A stretch of 64,000 bases of DNA, from positions 96,001-160,000 of the forward strand of contig CAVPRW010000014.1 in NCBI GenBank assembly GCA_963707985.1, written 5' to 3'. Under the pieces are notes generated by a model. It saw nothing but the letters and a program-made list of their open reading frames with translations, was not told where the DNA came from and searched no databases. Shown here piece by piece: positions 10,231 to 20,209 of the stretch; position 1 is the first letter of the stretch, and each line of letters begins with the position of its first letter. The translations under genes were made by a program, and so were the position numbers. This DNA is from an uncultured Nitrospinota bacterium (lineage in GTDB: Bacteria; Tectomicrobia; Entotheonellia; J063; CAVPRW01).

Positions 10231-11580
10231 ATGTTATATGAAGCGGAACGTGGTGACATGTCGATCGCTGTCGTCGGAGATGCGATGATTTCGCGGCGTA
10301 TGAGCCCCTATCGAGAACCGGACTTTCTCAAGCTTGTGGAGCTGTTGCGTAGCACCGACCTCAGTATCGCCAATCTCGAGTTTCTGTTTCATGACTTCGA
10401 ACACGCCTGGCAGTGGACCGGTGGGACATATACGCGTTCCGACCCCAAAAACCTCAGCGAGTTGAAATGGATGGGGATCAATGCTGTCCTCACCGCCAAT
10501 AATCACTCCTACGATTTCTCCGAGGGCGGCTACTTCACCACGCTCAAGCATCTGGAAGAGCACGACATCCCGCATGCCGGCGGCGGCAAAGACCTCGATC
10601 ATGCACGCGCCCCAGCCTATGTGGAACTGCCGCGCGGTCGGATCGCCATCATGTCGGCCTCGAGCACCTTCTCCGACATCTCGCGGGCAGGACCGGGGCG
10701 GCCGGATTTCCCCGGCCGGCCGGGGATCAATGCCCTGCGCCATCAGAAGACCCACAAAGTGACACCGGATGTCTTCGAGGCGCTGCAGAAGGCCAATCGC
10801 GAGCTAGGCTACGAGGAGCATGAGGAAGTCCAGGCGCAATTTGGGTTTTCCGGCCGGCCGAAACCCCTCGATAAGCGCACAGCTCTGCGTTTTCTCACCA
10901 ATGAATTCCATGTGGCCGAGTCGTTCTCGCTCGAAACCGCCGTCAATAAAGAGGATCTCGAGGGTATTGGCAAGTGGATCAAGGGTACCAAGAAGCAGGC
11001 CGACTGGTTGGTCTACGGCGTTCATTGCCACGAGAGTGGCACCACAGGTGAGTTTCACGGCGGCTCCAGGACCGCTCCGCCCGACTTCCTGGTGGAGTTC
11101 GCGCACTGGACCATCGACCAGGGCTGCGACCTCTTCGCCGGCCATGGGCCGCATTTCTTGCGCGGCATCGAGATCTACAAGGGCGCACCCATTTTCTACA
11201 GCCTCGGAAATTTCATCTTCCAAAACGAATCCATTACCTGGGTCCCACCCGAAGGCTACCACCGGTTCGACCTCGGCCATGAGCATACTCCGGGGGACTT
11301 TTTCGAGGTCCGTTCGGATGCCGGAAAGCGCGGTTTTCCGGCTGATCCGGTGTTCTGGCGCAGTGTCGTCGGGGTGTGCCAATACGAGGGGAAAGCGCTG
11401 AAAGAGGTCAGGCTCCACCCCATCGACATGGGCTTTGGACGCCCCATACCTCAGCGTGGTCGGCCGCTGTTGGCGCAAGGACAGGTAGCCCAGGAGACGC
11501 TGGAGTGGCTGCGACATGTCTCAGAGCCCTTCGGCACCCAGATCTCCATCGAAGGGGATGTTGGCATCATTCGCCCATAG
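10231..11580 (+). CDS. CapA (PGA_cap) family protein
   Basis: VVGDAM, ANLE, ANNHSYD, GHGPH, FYSLGNF motifs; GGAGG RBS. Confidence 0.9.
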   Translation: MLYEAERGDMSIAVVGDAMISRRMSPYREPDFLKLVELLRSTDLSIANLEFLFHDFEHAWQWTGGTYTRSDPKNLSELKWMGINAVLTANNHSYDFSEGGYFTTLKHLEEHDIPHAGGGKDLDHARAPAYVELPRGRIAIMSASSTFSDISRAGPGRPDFPGRPGINALRHQKTHKVTPDVFEALQKANRELGYEEHEEVQAQFGFSGRPKPLDKRTALRFLTNEFHVAESFSLETAVNKEDLEGIGKWIKGTKKQADWLVYGVHCHESGTTGEFHGGSRTAPPDFLVEFAHWTIDQGCDLFAGHGPHFLRGIEIYKGAPIFYSLGNFIFQNESITWVPPEGYHRFDLGHEHTPGDFFEVRSDAGKRGFPADPVFWRSVVGVCQYEGKALKEVRLHPIDMGFGRPIPQRGRPLLAQGQVAQETLEWLRHVSEPFGTQISIEGDVGIIRP

Positions 11581-11700
11581 CCAATCCGGGTGCAGGGCGG
11601 TGGCAAGCAACTGTAGTGTCCTCTTCCACCAGTGTGAAGGGGCGGGTCGGGGCACAGTCTGGGCGGGAGTCTGGGAGAGGCGAAGAGAGGGATCTCGATC

Positions 11701-12684
11701 ATGAATCAACTGCAGCCTGTTGAGACGCTTGTTGTCGATATCGCCATCGATAACCTGAGCGACAACTACTCGAGCAAACCCTCTCATATCTCACCCGAGT
11801 TCAACAACGTCATGGCGGCAGGCGCCACGGAGATCTCGGGCTCCACGCTCTGCTGCGCGCAGCTCGGCCTGGCGCTCGTCCTGACTGCTGTCGCCGGCGA
11901 TCAGCGTCACACGCTGCTGTTCGACGCCGGACCTGAGGGGGCCATCTTTCTCAGGAACTGCAGGAACCTCGGGGTCTCGCTGGCGGACGTCGAGGCCATC
12001 GCCATTTCGCATGGCCATTGGGATCATATGGGCGCGCTGCTGGACACGCTCGATCACATCACCCGACATAACAAGGGCCGACAGGTGCCGTGCCACGTGA
12101 ACCCGGGGATGTTCCTGGAGCGCGCCGCAACCCTGACGACCGGTCACATTGCCCCGTTTCAGCGCGTCCCTTCGCCTGAGGAGCTTGCGGCGCATGGTGC
12201 GCAGCTGGTCAACAGCAGTGCCCCGAGGTTTCTCCTGGATGATTGTTTCTACGTGAGCAGTGAGATTCCCAGGGTGTCAAGCTTCGAAAAGGGGCGTCCG
12301 GATCATCTCTGCCGACGGTCTGCCGACGAGCCGTGGCAACCTGATCCATTGATCATGGATGAACGCTACGTCGCGGTGCACGTGCGGGGCAAGGGCATCA
12401 TCGTTTTCAGTGCCTGTTCGCATGCGGGGATCATCAATGTCCTCGTCAATGCCCGTCAGGTGTTTCCGGATGTCCCGCTGTATGGCGTGCTCGGGGGCTT
12501 GCATCTCGCAGGGGCGGCGATGGAACGCCTGATTCCCGACACCATGGCGCATTTGAAACAGTTCGACCTACAACAAATCATGCCCGCGCATTGCACCGGC
12601 TGGCGTGCCCTCCATGCCCTATTGAACGAGTTTGGCGAGGCCAAGGTGACACCATCCGCCGTCGGCAGCCGGTTTACATTTTGA
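11701..12684 (+). CDS. MBL-fold metallo-hydrolase
   Basis: LLFDAG, SHGHWDHMG, ACSHAG, GGLHL, PAHCTG. Confidence 0.9.
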   Translation: MNQLQPVETLVVDIAIDNLSDNYSSKPSHISPEFNNVMAAGATEISGSTLCCAQLGLALVLTAVAGDQRHTLLFDAGPEGAIFLRNCRNLGVSLADVEAIAISHGHWDHMGALLDTLDHITRHNKGRQVPCHVNPGMFLERAATLTTGHIAPFQRVPSPEELAAHGAQLVNSSAPRFLLDDCFYVSSEIPRVSSFEKGRPDHLCRRSADEPWQPDPLIMDERYVAVHVRGKGIIVFSACSHAGIINVLVNARQVFPDVPLYGVLGGLHLAGAAMERLIPDTMAHLKQFDLQQIMPAHCTGWRALHALLNEFGEAKVTPSAVGSRFTF

Positions 12685-12802
12685 TGCGGGCGAGATGGCG
12701 CAGCCGCCATGTCTCATGATGATACGGACTCATGGTGTCGGCGGAGCGCGCCTCACCGTCCTTGAAGCGATCGGGGCGCGCTCACGCCAACACCCTCTGG
12801 CT

Positions 12803-13639
12803 CTACTGCAAGAACTTGGCATACTGATCGAGCATCGGCAAGATCGTGTCCCGGCCCTCGGACGGCAGGCGGAGGATCACCCGTGTGGCACCGATGTCCC
12901 GATAGGTGTCGACCAGCTTCGGGTCGCCGGAGGCCCCAAAGACGGAGACAGAGATCGTCTGCATGTCACGCCCAGCCTTCGCGGCGCGATCCTTGAGCTC
13001 GGCCATGGCCTTGGTGACTAGCTCGGGGTTGCGGCTGCGTGGGAACCAGCCTTCGCAGTAGTCAACGATGCGCTGCAGCGTGTATGAGCTCTCGCCACCG
13101 AGCAGCACGGGAGGATGTGGCTGCTGAGCCGGTTTGGGCCAGCACCAGATCGGCTCGAAGTTCACGAACTCGCCGTGGAACTCGGCAACGTCTTTGGTCC
13201 AGATCTCTTTCATGGCACGCACCTGCTCGACCATCTTCTTGAAGCGCGTCTTGAACACCGTGCCGTGATGCTCCATCTCTTCGGCGTTCCAACCGCCACC
13301 GATGCCAAAGAGAAAACGGCCGCCCGAAAGCCGATCGAGGCTGGCGACCTCTTTGGCCGTAGTGATCGTATCGCGCTCGATGATGAGGCAAATGCCAGTG
13401 CCCAGCTTGAGATTCTTGGTCACCGCTGCAGCCAGCATCAACGAGATGAAGGGATCATAAGTGTGGCGGTACTCCTTCGGCAGCTCACCGCCCCCCGCCC
13501 AAGCGGAACGCCGGCTGGTGGGAATATGCGTGTGCTCGGGAACCCATAGCGATTCGAAGCCGCGTGCCTCGGTCTCGCGCGCCAGCTCATCGATGGGAAT
13601 GGCATAATCGGTGGCGAACATGGCAACGCCAATATGCAT
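12803..13639 (-). CDS. LLM-class F420-dependent oxidoreductase (Rv2161c-like)
   Basis: GFESLWVPEHTHIP, AKEVASLDRLSGGRF, PKPAQQPHPP. Confidence 0.9.
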   Translation of the reverse strand: MHIGVAMFATDYAIPIDELARETEARGFESLWVPEHTHIPTSRRSAWAGGGELPKEYRHTYDPFISLMLAAAVTKNLKLGTGICLIIERDTITTAKEVASLDRLSGGRFLFGIGGGWNAEEMEHHGTVFKTRFKKMVEQVRAMKEIWTKDVAEFHGEFVNFEPIWCWPKPAQQPHPPVLLGGESSYTLQRIVDYCEGWFPRSRNPELVTKAMAELKDRAAKAGRDMQTISVSVFGASGDPKLVDTYRDIGATRVILRLPSEGRDTILPMLDQYAKFLQ

Positions 13640-13718
13640 TGTCGGTCTCCTCTGGGTGAATGGGATCGTGTTCTACTATGCTGAGAAAGGGGTGATCGAG
13701 ACTCCTGGCTCTATGTGG

Positions 13719-13925
13719 CCCTCACCCCCCCTCTCCCGCTCACAAGGGTAGGTTTTTTTAGACGCGACACTGACCCTGGGTCATTTCTCCCTCTCCCAGA
13801 GGGCGAGGGCGGGGGTGAGGGGTCTTGTGCGATGACACCATCCAGCCCTCACCCTAACCCTCTCCCAGAGGGCGAGGGGACGAAAAACCTACGCCAGAAA
13901 GCCCCTCTCCCGGAGGGAGAGGGCG
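13719..13925. repeat. Cluster of CCCTCTCCC-N3-GGGMGAGGG palindromic extragenic repeats
   Basis: Four copies or half-copies, e.g. CCCTCACCCTAACCCTCTCCCAGAGGGCGAGGGGA; relatives near 1652-1681 and 32506-32531. Confidence 0.75.
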
Positions 13926-13948
13926 GAATAGTAGGCGAGGCGGGTCGC

Positions 13949-15058
13949 CTAGCCCTGGAAAATGTCCTCCGGCAAAAAGGCGGAGACGGTCACATTGGGC
14001 AGATCGACGATGTTGCTGACGCGCAGGTCCACCGCCACGCTACAGATGATATAGGCCTGTTGCCGACTCCAGCCACGCTCTTGCAGCAACTCGATCATAT
14101 TGATCAGGGCATTGCGGGCAGCCAGCGTCAGATCCTCACCCTCCTGCGTACCGTCCTCGCGTACCGGCATGCCCATGGTGGCGATGAAGTTGCGCGGTGC
14201 GGCCCATTCGGGGGGGAGGAAGTAGCCGGGATGTGCGAAGCGGGGCCAGCGGATGTTGTGTCGTGCCGCTTCCCCTGCGTGGAGGCGAAAGCGCACCGCC
14301 GCCGTGGCACCCATCTCGATGGCGGTGATGCAGCATTCCGAGTCACCCTGAGCAAAATGCCCATCGCCCGCGGAGTAGAGGGCTCCCTCGACATTGACCG
14401 GGATCAGCAGGCGCGAGCCTTTGGTCAACTGTTTGGCATCGACATTGCCACAGTTCTCACGCGGCGGCAGCGTGCGCAGACCTTGGCGGGCGATCGCTCC
14501 GCCTGTCGGCACGGCATCTTCGGCATCAGGCGGAAAGGCGATACCACCGCGAGCCACCAGGTCAGCTTCCCGCCGCGTCCAGGCTTCAAGTTGGGCGTGG
14601 GATGGGGCGATACCAGCCGTGCCCATGAAGGAGCCGTTCGGGATGCGGACTCCAGGGATCTGCGGTGATGTGGCCCAGCCATCCTTCATCTCCCAGTGGA
14701 CGAGATAGGGCTCGGTGAACAGGTCACGCAGGAAGCCGGCGCCGGGGCGGTTTCGGGTCCAGCCAGCGGGCTGCGGGACGATGTCGAGATACTCGATCTC
14801 TAGCAGGTCACCCGGTTTGGCGCCCTTGACATACACCGGACCGGTTAACGGGTGAGCCACCTTGGTGTCGAGGCGGTTCAGATCGGCCACCGTCATGCCG
14901 GGTTTGATTTGGCAATCGGACGCATCGCGGGTTTCCAGAACGACTTCCTCGCCGACGTCCACCTCCGCGATCGGCGGAATATCGGGGTGCCAACGGTTGT
15001 GCCCGAGATGGGACTCTTCTTTGAGGCGCTTGGTGCGGTCGATGGTGATGCTCTTCAT
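13949..15058 (-). CDS. Acetamidase/formamidase family protein
   Basis: HNRWHPDIPP, HPLTGPVYVKGAKPGD, GNVD, GDGHFAQGDSE, AIEM; AAGGAG RBS before 15058. Confidence 0.92.
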   Translation of the reverse strand: MKSITIDRTKRLKEESHLGHNRWHPDIPPIAEVDVGEEVVLETRDASDCQIKPGMTVADLNRLDTKVAHPLTGPVYVKGAKPGDLLEIEYLDIVPQPAGWTRNRPGAGFLRDLFTEPYLVHWEMKDGWATSPQIPGVRIPNGSFMGTAGIAPSHAQLEAWTRREADLVARGGIAFPPDAEDAVPTGGAIARQGLRTLPPRENCGNVDAKQLTKGSRLLIPVNVEGALYSAGDGHFAQGDSECCITAIEMGATAAVRFRLHAGEAARHNIRWPRFAHPGYFLPPEWAAPRNFIATMGMPVREDGTQEGEDLTLAARNALINMIELLQERGWSRQQAYIICSVAVDLRVSNIVDLPNVTVSAFLPEDIFQG

Positions 15059-15479
15059 GAGGTGCTCCTTCATGGCCCGACTACGACTCGTCATCTGGGA
15101 GCTCTGATCTGCGCAGGATAGGACAAGACCTGGGTTTCGTCAAGCTCACCGCCTCGATCCTCTGAGCCTGTCGAGGGATAGCAATCGTCGCCTCAACAGT
15201 GACTCAGTCATGCAAACCACCTCCTCACGTCCCAGCTCTCCTCCATTCCCTGGCGAGCCCCAGCACTATGCTCATGCGAGGCCCAGGCGTTCAGTCGTAA
15301 GGAAATGGGGCTGGTCGCTCGTGCTGCCAGGGACGGGGTGACATTGATTCACCTCGGCTGGGATCTACAGAGAGATGTACGATCGGTACTGGCAGTGATG
15401 GAGTACCTGTTCGATCCTCGGCGGGTCCGATCGCCACGGGGCGCACAAGGCGTCGCGGTGGCGATCGGGTTCGGACGTG

Positions 15480-16133
15480 CTATCGCGGGGAATAAGGAGT
15501 GAGGCGCAGGATGGTATGGCGGCTCACCCGCACTAGAGGGCCATTCTTTTCCGATTCGGCCCGTGCCTGCTGCCATGCCGGGTCCGCCTGAAACGCGGTC
15601 CAGCTTTTTTCCCGTGCTCCCAGGTCAGGATATCCAAGCATATACACCAGGCGGTTGCTGGTACCGACGTCCTCGGTCCAGTAGGCGACGTTGTCAATGC
15701 CATGCTTCTTGAAGAGCTCTATGGTATGGTTGGCGAAGCGATCATGCAGGGCCGGCAATTTGCCGGGCATGGCGTCGTAGACGCGCAGTTCATGGATCTT
15801 GGACCCCAGCTGAGGCTGTGGCGAGTACGGGGTCAGCCGCATGAAAGCGTTGACCACGTGGTCGACAATCGGCCCAGCCGCTTCGGTTTCCGACCGCACC
15901 TGCTGCCAGGCAGGATCGGCCTGGAAGGCGGTCCACTTCTTCTCCCGGTCAGCCATGCTGTCAAACACGAGGATGTAGGTGAGCTGGTTGCTCGTGCCGA
16001 TCTCGGCGGTCCAGAACCCCAGTATGCCGATGCCATGATTCTTGAAGATACCTATCGTGTGCTTGGCAAAGCGATCATTGATAGCCGGGAGCTTGCCAGG
16101 CACGGTGGTGTAGACACGTGCTTCGTAAAGCAT
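15480..16133 (-). CDS. Tandem two-domain NIPSNAP protein
   Basis: Two internal repeats of YExRVY..PGKLPA..RFA.HT...W.AFQADPAWQQ. Confidence 0.9.
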   Translation of the reverse strand: MLYEARVYTTVPGKLPAINDRFAKHTIGIFKNHGIGILGFWTAEIGTSNQLTYILVFDSMADREKKWTAFQADPAWQQVRSETEAAGPIVDHVVNAFMRLTPYSPQPQLGSKIHELRVYDAMPGKLPALHDRFANHTIELFKKHGIDNVAYWTEDVGTSNRLVYMLGYPDLGAREKSWTAFQADPAWQQARAESEKNGPLVRVSRHTILRLTPYSPR

Positions 16134-16188
16134 CAGAGACCTCCCTCCAGCCTAGAAAGACACGCACAGTGTCGAGCGCGCCCTAACG

Positions 16189-16548
16189 CTAGGCCTTCAT
16201 CTCGATGAACTCGAGCTGTACGCCGTCCGGTCCTTCGAAGAAGCATACCCGTCGCCCGCCGGAGATCATGGTTTGTTCCAGGATGTTGATCCCTTGGGTT
16301 TTGAGCTTTTCTACCAGTGTATCCAGCTCATCGGTGTCGATGGCGATGTGTTCCATGCCATATTTTTGCTCACGGGTTTGGCTATCGAGGAACGTGGTCA
16401 CATTGAGCGATAGCCCATGCAGATCCAGGCGATAGCTGCCGTTGCTGGCCTTGTTGACGATCGTGGCGCCCAGCGTGTCGACGTAGAATTTTGCCGTCTT
16501 CTCCGGATCCTTGGTCTTCAGATGCACGTGGTTGAGTTTCAACGACAT
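16189..16548 (-). CDS. VOC / glyoxalase family protein
   Basis: LNHVHLKT, EHIAI, FFEGPDGVQLEFIE; AGGAGG RBS. Confidence 0.9.
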   Translation of the reverse strand: MSLKLNHVHLKTKDPEKTAKFYVDTLGATIVNKASNGSYRLDLHGLSLNVTTFLDSQTREQKYGMEHIAIDTDELDTLVEKLKTQGINILEQTMISGGRRVCFFEGPDGVQLEFIEMKA

Positions 16549-16769
16549 GAGACACCTCCTCGCATGGTTGGTAGGAGCCACCATCATCCGACGCCCGCGG
16601 CGTGGGCATGAGGTAGCTGACCTGGAAAGGCCGGAAGCGTATTGGCAAGGGTTAGGGCCCACCTTCAACCCATCCCCTTGGACCAAGCGTCAGCCGCAGG
16701 ATAGGCCAAGATGCTGCTGACGTCAAGCGCTGCTTTTGCTGCATAGATATTCCACAGCACTCTGGAACC

Positions 16770-17006
16770 AGGGAGATCATCCCTTGGGTATGCTGACCCG
16801 GATTGCATCGAAGGTTTGCCGACCAAAACCGGAACCGCATCCTATCCCCAACAGGCATGCAACAAACTCAGAGGTCAGTGATGTCACACTCTAGCACGCT
16901 TTCTGGCGGAATGGATGTGCATAAAGAGTGTATTGCGGTGGCTTCTGGAGGGCAAGAACATCGCGTGGCGGCGTGTGGGCCTCCCATGAGAGGCAGGCCT
17001 CAGTAG
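16770..17006 (+). mobile_element. IS110-family remnant (putative 5' non-coding end plus transposase N-terminal stub from ATG 16881)
   Basis: MSHSSTLSGGMDVHKECIAVA matches the IS110 DEDD N-terminus (GxDVHKxxIxVA); left boundary approximate. Confidence 0.65.
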
Positions 17007-17488
17007 TCTGTGCTCCCCTCTGCCCCCTTTATGCAAGGGGGGCAGAGAAGATTTCTTGGACAGGCTTTTAGCGGAGTGCCCCCTCTCGCTTCTCTGGGAG
17101 GAGGGAGTGTAGGGTAACCCGTTTGGTCAAAAAACTCAAACACATTGTTGTCACAGAGCTTATGGGTTTATTGTCACCCACTCCTCTCCTGACATTCCAC
17201 CTAGGTTTCCCCATCCTCTTCACAAACGAGAGGCGACTACGGGGTGGGCTGACATATGAGGTGGAAGTCACTGCTGGCCTCTATCATGGGGTCCGTCAAT
17301 GCGGGAACTCCGCCTGGGCAACTTTCGGACCATGGAGGCGTGGTGTTAGCCCCGAGACAACTTGTAAATCACGGTCGACCGTTTTATGATTGGTGCATAC
17401 GAGTATCACAAGTCTAGCAGTCCCCTCGAGGATCGACATCGGGGATTGCCTATCACACACCAACCGTCTCTGCCAAGACCGAGGGAAG

Positions 17489-18334
17489 ATGACCAACCAC
17501 CCCCACCAGCAACCCGATCCGGGCCCTAGCAGGGCGGATCGTTATGTCGCCGGCTACAGCCCCGCCACCATCCAACACTACACGAGGCGTACGGCGGCTC
17601 GCCAGGCAGCGTTTATCCTCCCCTACTTGAGATCCGGTATGACGCTGTTAGACTGCGGATGCGGCCCAGGCACGATTACCCTCGGCCTCGCGCATACCGT
17701 CGCTCCAGGTCTGGTCGTGGGCATTGATATCGACTCCAGTGTGGTGGAACGTGCGCGTGTTCTGGGGCGGGAGCAAGGGGTCTCCACGGTTCACTTCCAA
17801 GTCGCCAGCAGCTTCGCACTGCCGTTCGCTGAAGGCTCTTTCGACGCCGTCTTCGCGCATACGCTTCTGCAACACCTCAGCAGGCCGATACGAGCGCTCC
17901 AAGAGATGGGTCGAGTGTTGAAAGCTGGGGGAGTCATTGGCATCCGCACGGTCGACCACGGTGGACGGATGATCGTGCCTGCCAACCAAGGGTTGGATGA
18001 TTATTACGACCTTCATGAACGGATATGGACGCATCATGGGAGTGACCTTCGTCTGGGGAGGCACCTGCGGAGCTTGCTGCGCCAGGCGGGATTTCTCCGC
18101 ATTGAAGGGTCGGCCTCGTATGATTACGATGGGACGTTGGCGGAGACTCGGGCGCTGGCGCTGGCGCAGATTGCACGGATCAAGAGTACGCCATCCTTTG
18201 AGGAGGCCATTGAGGCCGGGTGGGTGGACCGACCCACGTTGGAAAAGATGATGGCGGCGTGGCAGGAGTGGGGAGAGCACCCGGACGCGTTCCACGCCAT
18301 TGCCATGTGCGAGGTGGTGGGCTGGAAGGCGTGA
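17489..18334 (+). CDS. Class I SAM-dependent methyltransferase
   Basis: LLDCGCGPGTIT, LPFAEGSFDAV, RVLKAGG. Confidence 0.9.
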   Translation: MTNHPHQQPDPGPSRADRYVAGYSPATIQHYTRRTAARQAAFILPYLRSGMTLLDCGCGPGTITLGLAHTVAPGLVVGIDIDSSVVERARVLGREQGVSTVHFQVASSFALPFAEGSFDAVFAHTLLQHLSRPIRALQEMGRVLKAGGVIGIRTVDHGGRMIVPANQGLDDYYDLHERIWTHHGSDLRLGRHLRSLLRQAGFLRIEGSASYDYDGTLAETRALALAQIARIKSTPSFEEAIEAGWVDRPTLEKMMAAWQEWGEHPDAFHAIAMCEVVGWKA

Positions 18335-18356
18335 GAGAGGGGTCGAGTCGTCTGGC

Positions 18357-19154
18357 CTACTGCATGCCCCATTTGCCCAATAACCCGCGATCGCGAGCTA
18401 CGTTGAACATATGCAGCAGCATACCCATGGCGGCCATCAGGTAGATAATATTCAAGCCAGCGGCCCAGGCGAGGTTGCCCCAGGAGATGGTACCGGTGCC
18501 AATCACCTCACGCATCCCCTCAAAGACGTATGTACAGGGGATGGCCCAGGCCACCTTTTGCATCGCTGCAGGCAGGACGCTCACAGGATAGAACACCGCC
18601 GAAAAGGGTTGGAGTAGGAATGGCAACGCCCAGGCAAAGGGTTCGGCCCCATGTCCATAACGCAGCACAATCGCCATGGTGATGATGCCAATGGTCAAGC
18701 CAAGCATCAGGAGGTTGGCGATAAAAGGGATGAGGGCCACCCCAAGCGCGAAGAAGTTGAAGTGATAGAGCAACCACGCCAGCACGCAGAGGAACATCAG
18801 GGTCACGCCGACGCGTAACAGCCCAAACAGGAAGGTAGCCAGGACATATTCGCTCAGGCGGACAGGGGCGCAGAAAATATTGAGGAGATTCCGAGCCCAG
18901 ATATCCTCCAGAAATGACAGCGATACACCCTGCTGGGCGCGAAACAGAATGTCCCAACCAATCATCGCCCCAATCAAGAACGTGATGAAGCCCGGCAAGC
19001 TCCCCTCGGTGGAGCGTTGAATGAATGTCGTCATAAAGCCCCAGACCAGGAGAGACATCGTCGGCCAGAACAGTATCTCGATCAAACGAATCGGGCTGCG
19101 GCGAAAGACGAAGACATAACGCAGCACCATGACCCATATACGCTGGAGAGTCAT
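18357..19154 (-). CDS. ABC-2 transporter permease
   Basis: Six TM segments, FSAVFYPVSVLP..MQKVA motif; overlaps the ATPase gene. Confidence 0.9.
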   Translation of the reverse strand: MTLQRIWVMVLRYVFVFRRSPIRLIEILFWPTMSLLVWGFMTTFIQRSTEGSLPGFITFLIGAMIGWDILFRAQQGVSLSFLEDIWARNLLNIFCAPVRLSEYVLATFLFGLLRVGVTLMFLCVLAWLLYHFNFFALGVALIPFIANLLMLGLTIGIITMAIVLRYGHGAEPFAWALPFLLQPFSAVFYPVSVLPAAMQKVAWAIPCTYVFEGMREVIGTGTISWGNLAWAAGLNIIYLMAAMGMLLHMFNVARDRGLLGKWGMQ

Positions 19155-19915
19155 CGTGGTCCTCCAGCATCGACGACCTCACCACTGCGGGCGATACGAA
19201 TAAACACTTCCTCAAGGTTGTGCGTCCGAAATTGTTCGATGACTTGCGTCGGCGTGCCCTCGGCGATTAAATGGCCAGTCCGTAGGAAGAGCAGGCGATC
19301 GCAGATCTCTTCGATATCGCGCATGTTATGCGAGGTATATAAGATCGCGACACCATCTTCTTGTTGCACCCGACGCAGAATTTTGCGCACCTTATCGGCG
19401 ATGTCGGGGTCTAGACTCGCCGTTGGCTCATCGAGCAACAACAGCTCCGGGCGATTCAGCAGGGCCTTACAGAGGTTGACGCGGCTGACCTCGCCACTGG
19501 AGAGACTCCCAGTAATCGTCTTCCGCAGATGGTGGATTTCCATCAGGTTCAGGAGGACGTCGAGACGTCGCCAGGCATCTTTCACGCCGTAGAGCTTGGC
19601 GAAGATCCAGAGATTTTCGGACACCGTCAGATTCATCGGGAGATTCACGCCCACCGAGGAAAAATTCATCCGCCGTAAAATCTCGATGCGGTGCTGTTCG
19701 TGGTCCTGGCCAAAGATCTCGATCCGTCCCGAGGTCGGGCGGATTAACCCCAGGATCATCTGCAGCGTGGTAGTTTTCCCGGCCCCATTGGCCCCAAGGA
19801 TGCCGACGATTTCGCCACGGGCGATGCTGAAACTCAAGCCGTCGACTGCCACGACGTCGTTGAACCGCTTGGTCAAGTCACGGATCTCTAACACTGCTGG
19901 GCTCTGGCTTGGCAT
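19151..19915 (-). CDS. ABC transporter ATP-binding protein
   Basis: GANGAGKTT, LSSGE, LLLDEPTASLD, TSH. Confidence 0.95.
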   Translation of the reverse strand: MPSQSPAVLEIRDLTKRFNDVVAVDGLSFSIARGEIVGILGANGAGKTTTLQMILGLIRPTSGRIEIFGQDHEQHRIEILRRMNFSSVGVNLPMNLTVSENLWIFAKLYGVKDAWRRLDVLLNLMEIHHLRKTITGSLSSGEVSRVNLCKALLNRPELLLLDEPTASLDPDIADKVRKILRRVQQEDGVAILYTSHNMRDIEEICDRLLFLRTGHLIAEGTPTQVIEQFRTHNLEEVFIRIARSGEVVDAGGPR

Positions 19916-20209
19916 AGGGCTACAAGATACCAGCGCGATGGGGTTGTGGCAAGTCGGAGCATACCATGGTCAAATGACGCCACCGCACTCATCTCATCAC
20001 ATTTGCCTACGTCGTACACGATTGCCTGCCCAACGAGGGCCGGTACCACGCGTGGCTGCGGGTCAATAGCGGGGAATCGAACTGTCGAACGGACTCCGCG
20101 TCTGGCTCAGCGGTTGTCGTGCGAGTACCAGACGTGCTAGGATCTCGGTGACAAGATTTCAAACTCACTGGGATTAAGGTTGTATGTTGTATGTCGTATA
20201 AGGAGCTTT

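Noticed and set aside
13715..14668. 317-aa ORF with PLPEGEG repeats
   Set aside because: Translation of palindromic extragenic repeats plus the antisense of the formamidase gene
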